A stretch of DNA of 64,000 bases from an uncultured Flavobacteriales bacterium (lineage in GTDB: Bacteria > Bacteroidota > Bacteroidia > Flavobacteriales > Flavobacteriaceae). Below, one piece after another: positions 27,788 through 36,121 of the stretch (position 1 is the first letter of the stretch; each line of letters starts with the position of its first letter). Location: assembly GCA_963976005.1 (NCBI GenBank), contig CAXBJF010000011.1:11276-75275 (forward strand), read 5' to 3'. The notes under the pieces were generated by a model. That model was not told the DNA's origin and ran no database searches. It was given only the letters and a program-made list of their open reading frames with translations. The position numbers and the translations under genes were made by a program.

Positions 27788-29563
27788 ATGTTTGAATTCG
27801 AACCAGACGAATATATTTTTACAAAATTTGCCTTCTTTTTTAAAAAACGAAAAAGAATAAAAGAGGCGGCATTAGAACATGCAATTGATTTAGTTGATAT
27901 AAAACCAAGGCTTACTATTTTTGCACGTGCCATTACGGGTCAACCCATAGAAATTTTTGAAGCTGAACGTGAAGGAGGTTATAGAAACAACAACTTCTTT
28001 TTACCGGCAAAGTTTTACGATTTTGAAACTGAAGAAGAAAATTTATCCTTTTATTTATTCAGAATCTTATACTTGTCAGTTCAAAAAAATTTGAACCTTA
28101 ACTGGAATGATATTTTAGAACACAACACTGTTGAATCACAGCAAAAAGCACTGGAAACTTCACATCAGGTATTAGAATTATTGTTTTCTCAATTTCCAAT
28201 AACTGAGACATCCCATCAAAAATTCATTTCATTTTACCAAAACAAAACAACAGAAAAACAACCTGCAGACTTTTCATTTATATATGGCAAATGGATGAAA
28301 AATTCGCCAAATGACGATTCAGAAAAACAGCTAAAAAACTTTACCGATAAGGTTAAAGAAGCTAATAACGAACAACCAAAAACCATCATAAAATCAAAGG
28401 CTGTTGAAGAAATTATTTCGGTTCAAATAGACCAAAAACAAATGGAAGATGCCGTATTACAGCATCAGTTTGAAAAAGTTGAAACTGCCGAAGAATTTGG
28501 CGGGAATTTTAGAGATATGGATGGAGATGATGATTTAGAAGACCATTCCAATGCCTTAGATGAAGTAAATATGAAGTTTACGGTGCGTGTTGATGATACG
28601 GCACACTCGGTTTATCAAGCCGATTTTATTGAAAATACAACAGTTTCTGAAAGTGCCGAAAGCGAAAGCAACGGACACTTTATTCATTACGATGAATGGG
28701 ATTATACCAAACGCACTTACAAAGAAGATTTTTGTAAAGTCTATCCAAAAACACCGTTAAAAACAGACGTTTCTTATTATAAAAAAACACTCAACGAAAA
28801 TCGTTCAACACTAATTGGTTTGCGTAAAATGTTAACCACGGTTAACAATAAATACCAACAACAACGCAGGCAAACACAAGGAGAGGAATTTGATATTGAT
28901 GCCATAACCGATTTGTATATCGATGTAAAATCGGGTCATACCCCATCAGAAAAAATATATGTATCCAAACGGAAAAAAGAAAAAGATCTTTCGATTTTAT
29001 TACTGTTGGATATTAGTTTATCCAGTGATGGTTATGCTGCAGGAAACAGGGTCATTGATGTAGAAAAGCAAGTATCTATTTTATTTGGAGAAATTTTAAA
29101 TGAGTTTAATATCGATTTTTCCATTGATTGTTTTTACTCAAAAACCAGAAATCATTCTTCCTATTTGAGCCTCAAGGATTTTGATGATAACTGGGATACC
29201 GCCAAATATAGAATTGGTGCTATTGAACCTAGTGGATATACCCGAATTGGTGCCGCATTACGACATTCGGGTGCTTTGTTGGATAAGCGTGATACCAAGA
29301 ATAAATGGGTGGTTTTAATATCAGACGGCAAACCAAATGATTATGATAAGTACGAAGGCAAATACGGTATTAACGATGTAAAACAGGCATTACGCGAGTT
29401 GAACGAACGCCAAATAAATTCGTATGCCTTGGCCATTGAAGCACAGGCAAAATATTATTTACCCCAAATGTTCGGACAAAACCATTATCAAATTCTTACT
29501 ACACCCGTTGAGTTATTGCAATCGCTGGTTAAGCTGTACGAAAAAATCAAACATCAGTCATAA
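27788..29563 (+). CDS. norD: NorD VWA-domain activation protein
   Basis: 'YDEWDY', MIDAS 'DISLS', 'TRIGAALRH' and 'SDGKPND'; follows norQ. Confidence 0.92.
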   Translation: MFEFEPDEYIFTKFAFFFKKRKRIKEAALEHAIDLVDIKPRLTIFARAITGQPIEIFEAEREGGYRNNNFFLPAKFYDFETEEENLSFYLFRILYLSVQKNLNLNWNDILEHNTVESQQKALETSHQVLELLFSQFPITETSHQKFISFYQNKTTEKQPADFSFIYGKWMKNSPNDDSEKQLKNFTDKVKEANNEQPKTIIKSKAVEEIISVQIDQKQMEDAVLQHQFEKVETAEEFGGNFRDMDGDDDLEDHSNALDEVNMKFTVRVDDTAHSVYQADFIENTTVSESAESESNGHFIHYDEWDYTKRTYKEDFCKVYPKTPLKTDVSYYKKTLNENRSTLIGLRKMLTTVNNKYQQQRRQTQGEEFDIDAITDLYIDVKSGHTPSEKIYVSKRKKEKDLSILLLLDISLSSDGYAAGNRVIDVEKQVSILFGEILNEFNIDFSIDCFYSKTRNHSSYLSLKDFDDNWDTAKYRIGAIEPSGYTRIGAALRHSGALLDKRDTKNKWVVLISDGKPNDYDKYEGKYGINDVKQALRELNERQINSYALAIEAQAKYYLPQMFGQNHYQILTTPVELLQSLVKLYEKIKHQS

Positions 29564-29594
29564 ATTAAAAATTTTAAAATAAAAAAACATCACA

Positions 29595-30569
29595 ATGAAT
29601 TCATTTTTACCCACCGTTGAGCAATTACCACAAGGTCATCCAATAAAAGTTTATTACGAAGAAAGTGCCTTAATTCAAGACCTTATTTTAGAACTTAAAG
29701 ATTCAAATCCTGCAGAAGATTTTCAGAAATACTTCAACATTTTCAACCAAATAACCACCATTGAAAAACGTTTCAAACGAAAAGAAAATCAATTATTCCC
29801 GTATTTAGAAAAACATAATTGGCATGGGCCATCGCAAGGCATGTGGTCCTTCCACGATAATTTACGCGAACAAATAAGGCTGTTAAATGGTTACAATTCA
29901 GATAGAAACATTCCTAAAATTTCTGAAGATATCCCATATTTAGTCGATGGTATAACTAGATTATTAACTATTGAAGACATGCGTTTATTCCCGAATGCCA
30001 TAGAATTAATTTCTGAAGAAGAATGGAAAGAATTTTACACTGGCGACGAAGAAATTGGCTGGATGTTGTTAGAAAAACCCGCACCTTACCCTGCGGTAGA
30101 AGCGGCTTATGTACACCCAAGCGAGGATTTTACACAACGTGACTTATCTTTTTCCTTAGAAAACACATTTCATTACGATGAAGGCTATATGACACCCGAA
30201 CAGGTAAACCTTTTGTTGCGTTTTTTACCAATTGATATTACTTATGTGGATGAAAACGATAAAGTGATATTTTACAACCGTGGCGACGACCGGGTTTTTG
30301 CTCGAAGCAAAGGCATAATTGGTAGAGAAGTGCGCTTTTGCCATCCCCCAAAAAGTGTCGATATGGTTTTGCGTATTGTTGATGAATTTAGGGCAGGCAC
30401 TAAAGATGTGGCAGAGTTTTGGTTCAATTTTAAAGGCAGAATTATTCATGTTCGATACTTCGCCATTAGAGATCACAACAAACAATACAAAGGTGTTATA
30501 GAAATGTCTCAAGATATTACGGACATTCAAAAATTAGAAGGTGAAAAACGATTATTAGATTGGGATTAA
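29595..30569 (+). CDS. Hemerythrin-like plus PAS domain protein (DUF438/PAS_10 type)
   Basis: 'GHP', 'KRFKRKENQLFP', 'MWSFHD', 'EDMRLFP'; C-terminal PAS 'LPIDITYVDEND...RFCHPPKS'. Confidence 0.78.
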   Translation: MNSFLPTVEQLPQGHPIKVYYEESALIQDLILELKDSNPAEDFQKYFNIFNQITTIEKRFKRKENQLFPYLEKHNWHGPSQGMWSFHDNLREQIRLLNGYNSDRNIPKISEDIPYLVDGITRLLTIEDMRLFPNAIELISEEEWKEFYTGDEEIGWMLLEKPAPYPAVEAAYVHPSEDFTQRDLSFSLENTFHYDEGYMTPEQVNLLLRFLPIDITYVDENDKVIFYNRGDDRVFARSKGIIGREVRFCHPPKSVDMVLRIVDEFRAGTKDVAEFWFNFKGRIIHVRYFAIRDHNKQYKGVIEMSQDITDIQKLEGEKRLLDWD

Positions 30570-30572
30570 AAC

Positions 30573-31154
30573 ATGCAAACACAAGACATCAATTATAAAA
30601 ACATCTATTATCCGCCAGGAGGAATTCTTATCTGGATGATCATTTTTTTAGAGCTCATCACTTTTGGGGCAGCATTGATTGCCATGGTGTTTTATGGTAA
30701 ACAAGAAGTTGAAATATTCCATAATTCCAGACTTCAGTTAAATGCTGCTTTTGGTATGATAAACACCATGTTCCTATTAACCAGCGGCTATTTCATGGCT
30801 GTTTCAGTCGCAGAATTAAAGCGGAAAAATATTAAAAAATTCAAAACCCTCCTTCTTTTAACCATGCTTTTCGGGGTATTGTTCTTAGGGCTTAAAAGTT
30901 TTGAATATTCAGAAAAACTATCAGAAGGGCTAGACATAGGGTATAACACGTTTTTCACATTTTATTGGATGCTCACGCTGTTTCATGTTATTCATGTGCT
31001 TGTTGGTTTGGTCATTTTAACCTCGGTTTACTTCGGAATAAAAAAAGAAAACTCCAGCACAACCATTGAAGATGTTGAGGCCAGTGCAGCCTTTTGGCAC
31101 ATGTGTGATTTAATTTGGATATTACTTTTCCCGGTCATTTATTTACTTTTTTAA
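30573..31154 (+). CDS. norE: Cytochrome oxidase subunit III-like NorE
   Basis: 'FYWMLTLFHVIHV' and 'FWHMCDLIW' motifs; nor context. Confidence 0.85.
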   Translation: MQTQDINYKNIYYPPGGILIWMIIFLELITFGAALIAMVFYGKQEVEIFHNSRLQLNAAFGMINTMFLLTSGYFMAVSVAELKRKNIKKFKTLLLLTMLFGVLFLGLKSFEYSEKLSEGLDIGYNTFFTFYWMLTLFHVIHVLVGLVILTSVYFGIKKENSSTTIEDVEASAAFWHMCDLIWILLFPVIYLLF

Positions 31155-31155
31155 C

Positions 31156-31392
31156 ATGAAAAAATCAACAACCATAACTTGGATCGTTCTCTTGGCATTA
31201 ACCATTGCATCTGCCCTATTATCCAAACTCAACCCACCCTATGTAGCACTAATAATTTTAATATTGGCAGCACTAAAATTTATTGGAATATCTTTTCAGT
31301 TTATGGAAATGAAAAAAGCAAACCCCTTTTGGAAAGGGATGATTCTGGGGTTTTTATTACTATTTGTAACAATAATATTTGTGGTTAATTAG
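31156..31392 (+). CDS. norF: Cytochrome oxidase subunit IV-like NorF
   Basis: 3 TM, 'KFIGISFQFMEMK'; follows norE. Confidence 0.75.
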   Translation: MKKSTTITWIVLLALTIASALLSKLNPPYVALIILILAALKFIGISFQFMEMKKANPFWKGMILGFLLLFVTIIFVVN

Positions 31393-31411
31393 CAATAATT
31401 AAATTGATTTT

Positions 31412-31567
31412 AGGCGTTACCACAAGGGTCGGGCTTTCCGTTACAATCTTTTTAAAAATCAAGGTCATTGCGAAACAAATTTTAATTTGCTGTGGCAATC
31501 CCTTAATAGGGAGTCATAGCATTTTTATTTTTTAAAAAGGATTTCTACTGCAATCCCTAACGCAAAT
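31412..31567. repeat. Intergenic repeat (family E), long form
   Basis: Ends GGCGTT..GGTCGGGCTTTCCGTTACA and CTGCAATCCCTAACGCAAAT; short form at 54689; internal GTCATTGCGA module. Confidence 0.65.
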
Positions 31568-31587
31568 TCCGGTTCAATTTATACATA

Positions 31588-32049
31588 TCATTTCCAGAAC
31601 TCATCATCCAGTTTGTCCTTAAAAGGCTCTTGATAATGTATTTTTTCTATGTGAAGTAATTGATTGTCAGTTGCAACTTTTTGAATTTCAGGAAAAAGAA
31701 TCCGTTCTTCAAAACGAATATGTTTATCCAGCTCTTCTTCAATCTTACTTAAAACCAAACCAAGGTCCTGTTCTTTTTTAAAAAGTCGTATTAAACGCCG
31801 GTGGTCAGCTAGGGCTTTTTTAATAAGCTGATTATCATTTCCTAAAATATTAAAAATGTGCATTTCTTCCATTTCAAAATGAGGGATTAAATGTGTTTCA
31901 AAAAACCAATTCGCATAATTTTTTATACGTTCTGGCGACACATTTTTACTAAAACCAGTTCGTATTTTCCAAGAGAGCAATAATCCTTGATGATGATCCC
32001 TGCTTAAGGGCTGTAAAGCTTTATGGCGTTTTTGTGATTGATTTTTCAT
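31588..32049 (-). CDS. Hemerythrin domain protein
   Basis: 'DHHQGL', 'HFEMEE', 'DH' and 'HIRFEERILFP' di-iron motifs. Confidence 0.88.
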   Translation of the reverse strand: MKNQSQKRHKALQPLSRDHHQGLLLSWKIRTGFSKNVSPERIKNYANWFFETHLIPHFEMEEMHIFNILGNDNQLIKKALADHRRLIRLFKKEQDLGLVLSKIEEELDKHIRFEERILFPEIQKVATDNQLLHIEKIHYQEPFKDKLDDEFWK

Positions 32050-33232
32050 GATTGTAGTGTTTGATAGTATTAATTAATATAAGAACAATTCCTAATGGCA
32101 ACAGTACACTAAAAAGGAAAAGTAACATAAAATAATGTGGAAGTATTCCGCCTCCAAAATAAAATTTATATCCTTGAAAACCAAGTAAGATTTCAGTTAA
32201 TAAAAAACCTAAAACAAAGGTATAGATTCCAACATGCAATCCTTTAGAAGTAGATGCTAATTGATTTTTAAAAATAAATGAAAACAAAAACCCGGTAACA
32301 ACGCCCAACATGGAAAGGTGTATGAATCCAATCACAAAATTGCGGTGCTCAAAAACCACTTTTGAAAATGTTGGAATCAGCGAAAGTGACTGCAATACAT
32401 TTTTTAAGATAAAGCAAAAAATAGCAAAACTATATAAATAAACAATGAGCGTTGAGTTGTTTTTTAATATTATTGGAAATGCCGGCTTTATGAGTTTTAA
32501 AAATATAAACAAAGCGGCAAGTTGCAGCAAAATGCCTAATCCGTTAATAAATAACAAAAATTCACGAGGTACAAACCAATATATAGGTAATGAAAATGTA
32601 AGTATGGTTGCCCCTATTAAAAGTATAAAAAACAACCTGAATTGTTTAGAATCTTGAAGTTGTATTTGATGTAAAAACACCGCTAAAACCGCAATTAAAA
32701 ACCACCCATTAAACTGAAAATGCAAAAAGAACTGGATGGCTATTTGATAAAATGCAGATGTTTGCCCCAACATGGAAACTGCGGGCCCTAAACACCAAAC
32801 CCCTAATGTGGATATTACCATAAACAAAAGAGAAGTTCTCAATAAATAACGTGCTGGCAAGTTCTTAATTTTATGATGTTTCCAAATAAGATAAGCAAAA
32901 TAATAACTGCATAAAATATGCAATGTAGAAAACGAAATAGATGCCCATGCATACCCTTGAATAGGAAAACTAATCATCATCCCAATTACAGAAATTTCAG
33001 TAAGCCAAAACAATCTGTTAAATACTGGTTTTTTTTCTTCAATAAAATAATGAACAAAAAGGGTATATAACATTAAATACACCCACCCTAACATGGCTAC
33101 ATGTGAATGGGCATGGGTTAAAAAACGGTAATTAATTGGAACTGAATTTATAAATGAGTAGCGTAAAATTAAACCCATTAAGGCGGCCATTAAAAAATTA
33201 ACTAAACATACTATAACTAACTTTTTTTGCAC
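32021..33232 (-). CDS. About 12-TM His-rich membrane protein (NnrS-like / heme-copper-fold-like), GTG start
   Basis: TM His motifs 'HAHSH', 'LHFQFNGW' and 'FIHL'; lies between ric and a hemerythrin. Confidence 0.6.
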   Translation of the reverse strand: MQKKLVIVCLVNFLMAALMGLILRYSFINSVPINYRFLTHAHSHVAMLGWVYLMLYTLFVHYFIEEKKPVFNRLFWLTEISVIGMMISFPIQGYAWASISFSTLHILCSYYFAYLIWKHHKIKNLPARYLLRTSLLFMVISTLGVWCLGPAVSMLGQTSAFYQIAIQFFLHFQFNGWFLIAVLAVFLHQIQLQDSKQFRLFFILLIGATILTFSLPIYWFVPREFLLFINGLGILLQLAALFIFLKLIKPAFPIILKNNSTLIVYLYSFAIFCFILKNVLQSLSLIPTFSKVVFEHRNFVIGFIHLSMLGVVTGFLFSFIFKNQLASTSKGLHVGIYTFVLGFLLTEILLGFQGYKFYFGGGILPHYFMLLFLFSVLLPLGIVLILINTIKHYNHEKSITKTP

Positions 33233-33264
33233 TTTTAATTTTTATTTCGGCAATGTATAAATTT

Positions 33265-33306
33265 AAAAAAAATTCCAGAATGACTTTTAGAGACTTTCTG
33301 GAATTT
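33265..33306 (-). terminator. Intrinsic terminator after ric
   Basis: AAATTCCAGAA..TTCTGGAATTT stem with an 8-T tract on the minus strand. Confidence 0.7.
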
Positions 33307-33336
33307 CATAAATAAAACTATTAATAAAAATTGCTA

Positions 33337-34068
33337 TTAACCAAATTGTTGTTCTAATTTAATTGCTCCAGGAAATAAAATGTTATTTTCTAAATGTATG
33401 TGTAAATGTAAATCTTGTTCAAATTCCTGAAGCATTGAAAAGGCTACTTTATAAGTGTTGCAGCCATCTGCCGGCGGGTTATAGTTATTTGATGTTTCTG
33501 CAATTTGTCTGAAACGTTCACCTTCATTATCATGTTCTTGCATCATAGAAGCAATAGGGTTTTCTACGGTGCCAAACTGTGGTGATTGAATAACGCTATT
33601 TCCCAATTTTGCGCTCACCATTTTTTTAATAAACGGAAATAAAATCAATTCTTCTTTTTTCATATGTGAAGCGAGTTCACCGGCCGAAGCTGTAAAAAGT
33701 TCATTTATTTTAAATAATTCCGGATGGTTTCCTCCATGTACAGAACATAGTTTATCTAAAAACTGACGTATTACAGGTGTTTTTTCTGCTACGTATCTGT
33801 GGTGTTTTTTCTCAATATAATCTGCCAATAAATCTAAAGGCCATGTTTTATAATCAGTAGATTGACTCGTAGTTGAGTTTAAAACAGCCTGAAGCTCATC
33901 TAAAAGGGTATTTACTTCTATTCCTTTTTTATTGCAAACTTCTTCAACTGTTCTGTCTCCTTTACAGCAAAAATCGATGCCATGGTTACTGAATACTGCT
34001 GCAGTTCTGAAATCGTCTGCAACAAATTGCCCTATTTGTTTTTCTGAATTTTTATTTATTACTTCCAT
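33337..34068 (-). CDS. ric: Iron-sulfur cluster repair di-iron protein (Ric/YtfE/ScdA)
   Basis: 'GIDFCCKG', 'HHRY', 'HMKKEE.ILFP', 'EHD' and 'HIHLENNILFP'. Confidence 0.95.
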   Translation of the reverse strand: MEVINKNSEKQIGQFVADDFRTAAVFSNHGIDFCCKGDRTVEEVCNKKGIEVNTLLDELQAVLNSTTSQSTDYKTWPLDLLADYIEKKHHRYVAEKTPVIRQFLDKLCSVHGGNHPELFKINELFTASAGELASHMKKEELILFPFIKKMVSAKLGNSVIQSPQFGTVENPIASMMQEHDNEGERFRQIAETSNNYNPPADGCNTYKVAFSMLQEFEQDLHLHIHLENNILFPGAIKLEQQFG

Positions 34069-34071
34069 AAT

Positions 34072-34100
34072 CCTCTCCCAACCCTCTCCAAAGGAAAGGG
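34072..34100. repeat. Family B hairpin repeat directly upstream of the ric ATG
   Basis: CCTCTCCCAA-CCCTCTCC-AAA-GGAAAGGG; same architecture as 8814-8843. Confidence 0.65.
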
Positions 34101-34138
34101 CCTTTTTTGGGTTTTTATTAATTAAACAATTTTATTTC

Positions 34139-34152
34139 GGATAAATTTATCC
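34139..34152. promoter_or_regulatory. Candidate Rrf2 operator, copy 3 (ric promoter)
   Basis: Perfect palindrome GGATA-AATT-TATCC; contains a -7-like TAAATTTA. Confidence 0.7.
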
Positions 34153-34172
34153 TATTAATATTCAAATTTTTT

Positions 34173-34607
34173 TTACGCCTTTAAAAATGAAAAGCCTGAT
34201 TTTATATTTAGCGCTAATTCTTCCAGACTCGTATTTTCCAACATATACTTTAACTCATCCCTTACAATTTTAAATTTATCATGCACCGGACACGGATGAT
34301 TTTCATCACAGGTATGTAAACCCAAACCGCATCCGTTATAAATTTTATCGCCATCAATGGCATTTACTATTTGAGATAATTTAATTGATGCTAAACTATT
34401 TTTATTCAATTCAAAGCCCCCATGAGCACCTTTTATTGAATAAATTATGTCATGCCGTACTAAATCCTGTAATATTTTGGCCGTAAATGCTTCAGGTGAG
34501 TTTATTTCTTTAGCAATGGCTTTTGGACTTACACGCTTGTTTTCATATGAGTTTATGGCAATAAAAATTGCTGCTTTAATACCATACTCACACGCTTTTG
34601 AAAACAT
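34173..34607 (-). CDS. Rrf2 family transcriptional regulator (Fe-S, Cys3-His)
   Basis: 'MFSKACEYGIKA', 'KGAHGGF'; C-x6-C-x5-C-P-V-H. Confidence 0.92.
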   Translation of the reverse strand: MFSKACEYGIKAAIFIAINSYENKRVSPKAIAKEINSPEAFTAKILQDLVRHDIIYSIKGAHGGFELNKNSLASIKLSQIVNAIDGDKIYNGCGLGLHTCDENHPCPVHDKFKIVRDELKYMLENTSLEELALNIKSGFSFLKA

Positions 34608-34652
34608 ATTGTCATTAAATTTAATACAAATATATGAAGATATTTTTAATTA

Positions 34653-34666
34653 AGATAAGTTTATCC
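34653..34666. promoter_or_regulatory. Candidate Rrf2 operator, copy 4 (autoregulatory position)
   Basis: AGATA-AGTT-TATCC, 18 nt upstream of a minus-strand TATATTTG -7 element (34627-34). Confidence 0.65.
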
Positions 34667-34674
34667 TATTTAAT

Positions 34675-35028
34675 TTATTTATACTTGTTTCTAAACCATA
34701 CTTTTTGCCATTCGCGCCTTAAAATTAAAAACACAACCTCTTCTGATAATTTAAGTGTATCATCGCCATCCAAGGCTCTTACCTGTTTTTCTGAAACATC
34801 AATGATGTAAAGAAGGTTCAAATATTCTGTAAATTTTTCCTGAATAAGCTTATAAACCGTTTCATGAAGCAGTAACTTTAAACTTGTTGGTAAAATATCT
34901 TCATGAAAATCCAAGTCAATATTAGCAAGTAAAAAATCTTTATTAAGCTGGTGAATCAACTTTTTATACAAATCCATTTGGTTTGCTTCTTGTATTAATT
35001 CATCAAAAGTTGCGGGTAATGACATCAA
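34675..35028 (-). CDS. Hypothetical protein
   Basis: 117-aa ORF overlapping the polyprenyl synthase stop; 'YLNLLYIIDVSE...ILRREWQKVW' looks like a conserved motif. Confidence 0.7.
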   Translation of the reverse strand: MMSLPATFDELIQEANQMDLYKKLIHQLNKDFLLANIDLDFHEDILPTSLKLLLHETVYKLIQEKFTEYLNLLYIIDVSEKQVRALDGDDTLKLSEEVVFLILRREWQKVWFRNKYK

Positions 35029-35999
35029 ACCGTTCTATTCATTAACTGTTCTCCAAATTGTTTCAAAATCAATTTTTTATCATCAGAAATATCCAATGCA
35101 TCCAATACAGAAAATGCTTTATTTGTGAATTTTTTAATTTCTTGCTTTGTTGCTTCAGTAGCACCGCTTGAGGTGAAGATTTGTTTTGTTTTTTGAATTT
35201 TTTCTTCGGGATTGGACGGACTTATGCTAAACAAATGTTGTAATTGCAATGCATCATGCTTATTAGAAAATTCAATTGCCTTTAAATATAAATAGGTCTT
35301 TTTGTTTTCAATAATATCACCTCCTACTTGTTTCCCAAAGGTTTTTGGATCTCCAAAGGCATCTAAATAATCATCTTGTAATTGAAATGCAATACCCAAA
35401 TTCTTACCAAATTCATAAATATGATGACGGTCATTTTCTGAAGCTTCAGCAACAATAGCACCCATTTTCATGGCAGCACCAACTAAAACAGCTGTTTTAT
35501 ATTCAATCATTTTTAAATATTCAGAAATGGTTACATCATCTCTAATTTCAAAATCAACATCATATTGCTGACCTTCACAAACCTCAAGCGCCGTTTTACT
35601 AAATAATTGCGCCAAAGATTTAAAGGTGATTTGATCATAATTTTCAAATAATTGATACGCCATAATAAGCATGGCATCTCCAGAGAGAATACCTGTATTC
35701 GTATCCCACTTTTCATGAACCGTTTTTTGTCCTCTTCGCAAAGGTGCATCATCCATTATGTCATCATGAACCAATGAAAAATTATGAAAAACCTCAACAC
35801 TTAACGCCGCATTTAAGGCCATTTTATAATCACAATTAAAAACCTCAGCAGTCATTAAAGTTAAAACCGGGCGTAAGCGCTTACCACCTAAGTTTAAAAT
35901 ATATTGAATGGGTTCATATAAACTTTTAGGTTCTTTTATGACGGCATATTCTTGAAGAAATTCAATAAACTTCTCTTGGTATTTTTCTATTGAAAGCAT
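35025..35999 (-). CDS. Polyprenyl diphosphate synthase
   Basis: 'GGKRLRP', 'HDDIMD' (FARM), 'KTA' and 'FQLQDDYLD' (SARM). Confidence 0.95.
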   Translation of the reverse strand: MLSIEKYQEKFIEFLQEYAVIKEPKSLYEPIQYILNLGGKRLRPVLTLMTAEVFNCDYKMALNAALSVEVFHNFSLVHDDIMDDAPLRRGQKTVHEKWDTNTGILSGDAMLIMAYQLFENYDQITFKSLAQLFSKTALEVCEGQQYDVDFEIRDDVTISEYLKMIEYKTAVLVGAAMKMGAIVAEASENDRHHIYEFGKNLGIAFQLQDDYLDAFGDPKTFGKQVGGDIIENKKTYLYLKAIEFSNKHDALQLQHLFSISPSNPEEKIQKTKQIFTSSGATEATKQEIKKFTNKAFSVLDALDISDDKKLILKQFGEQLMNRTV

Positions 36000-36073
36000 A
36001 AAACAAAAATAACGGAATTCATCCTATGAAAAAGAGTGTATTTAAATTAATTATAAAAAATAAATAAAACTAC

Positions 36074-36113
36074 GGAAACTATTTTTGTTTTTAAAGTTTC
36101 CATTGTACATTTG
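36074..36113 (+). promoter_or_regulatory. TetR operon promoter with an inverted-repeat operator
   Basis: GGAAACT-N14-AGTTTCC (36074-101) spanning a TTTG; TACATTTG -7 at 36106-13. Confidence 0.6.
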
Positions 36114-36121
36114 CACCCATT

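Noticed and set aside
12665-34607. Denitrification cluster as a recently acquired mobile island
   Set aside because: No integrase, transposase or boundary repeats; promoter style and repeat families match the host. GC and codon statistics were not computed, so older transfer is not excluded.
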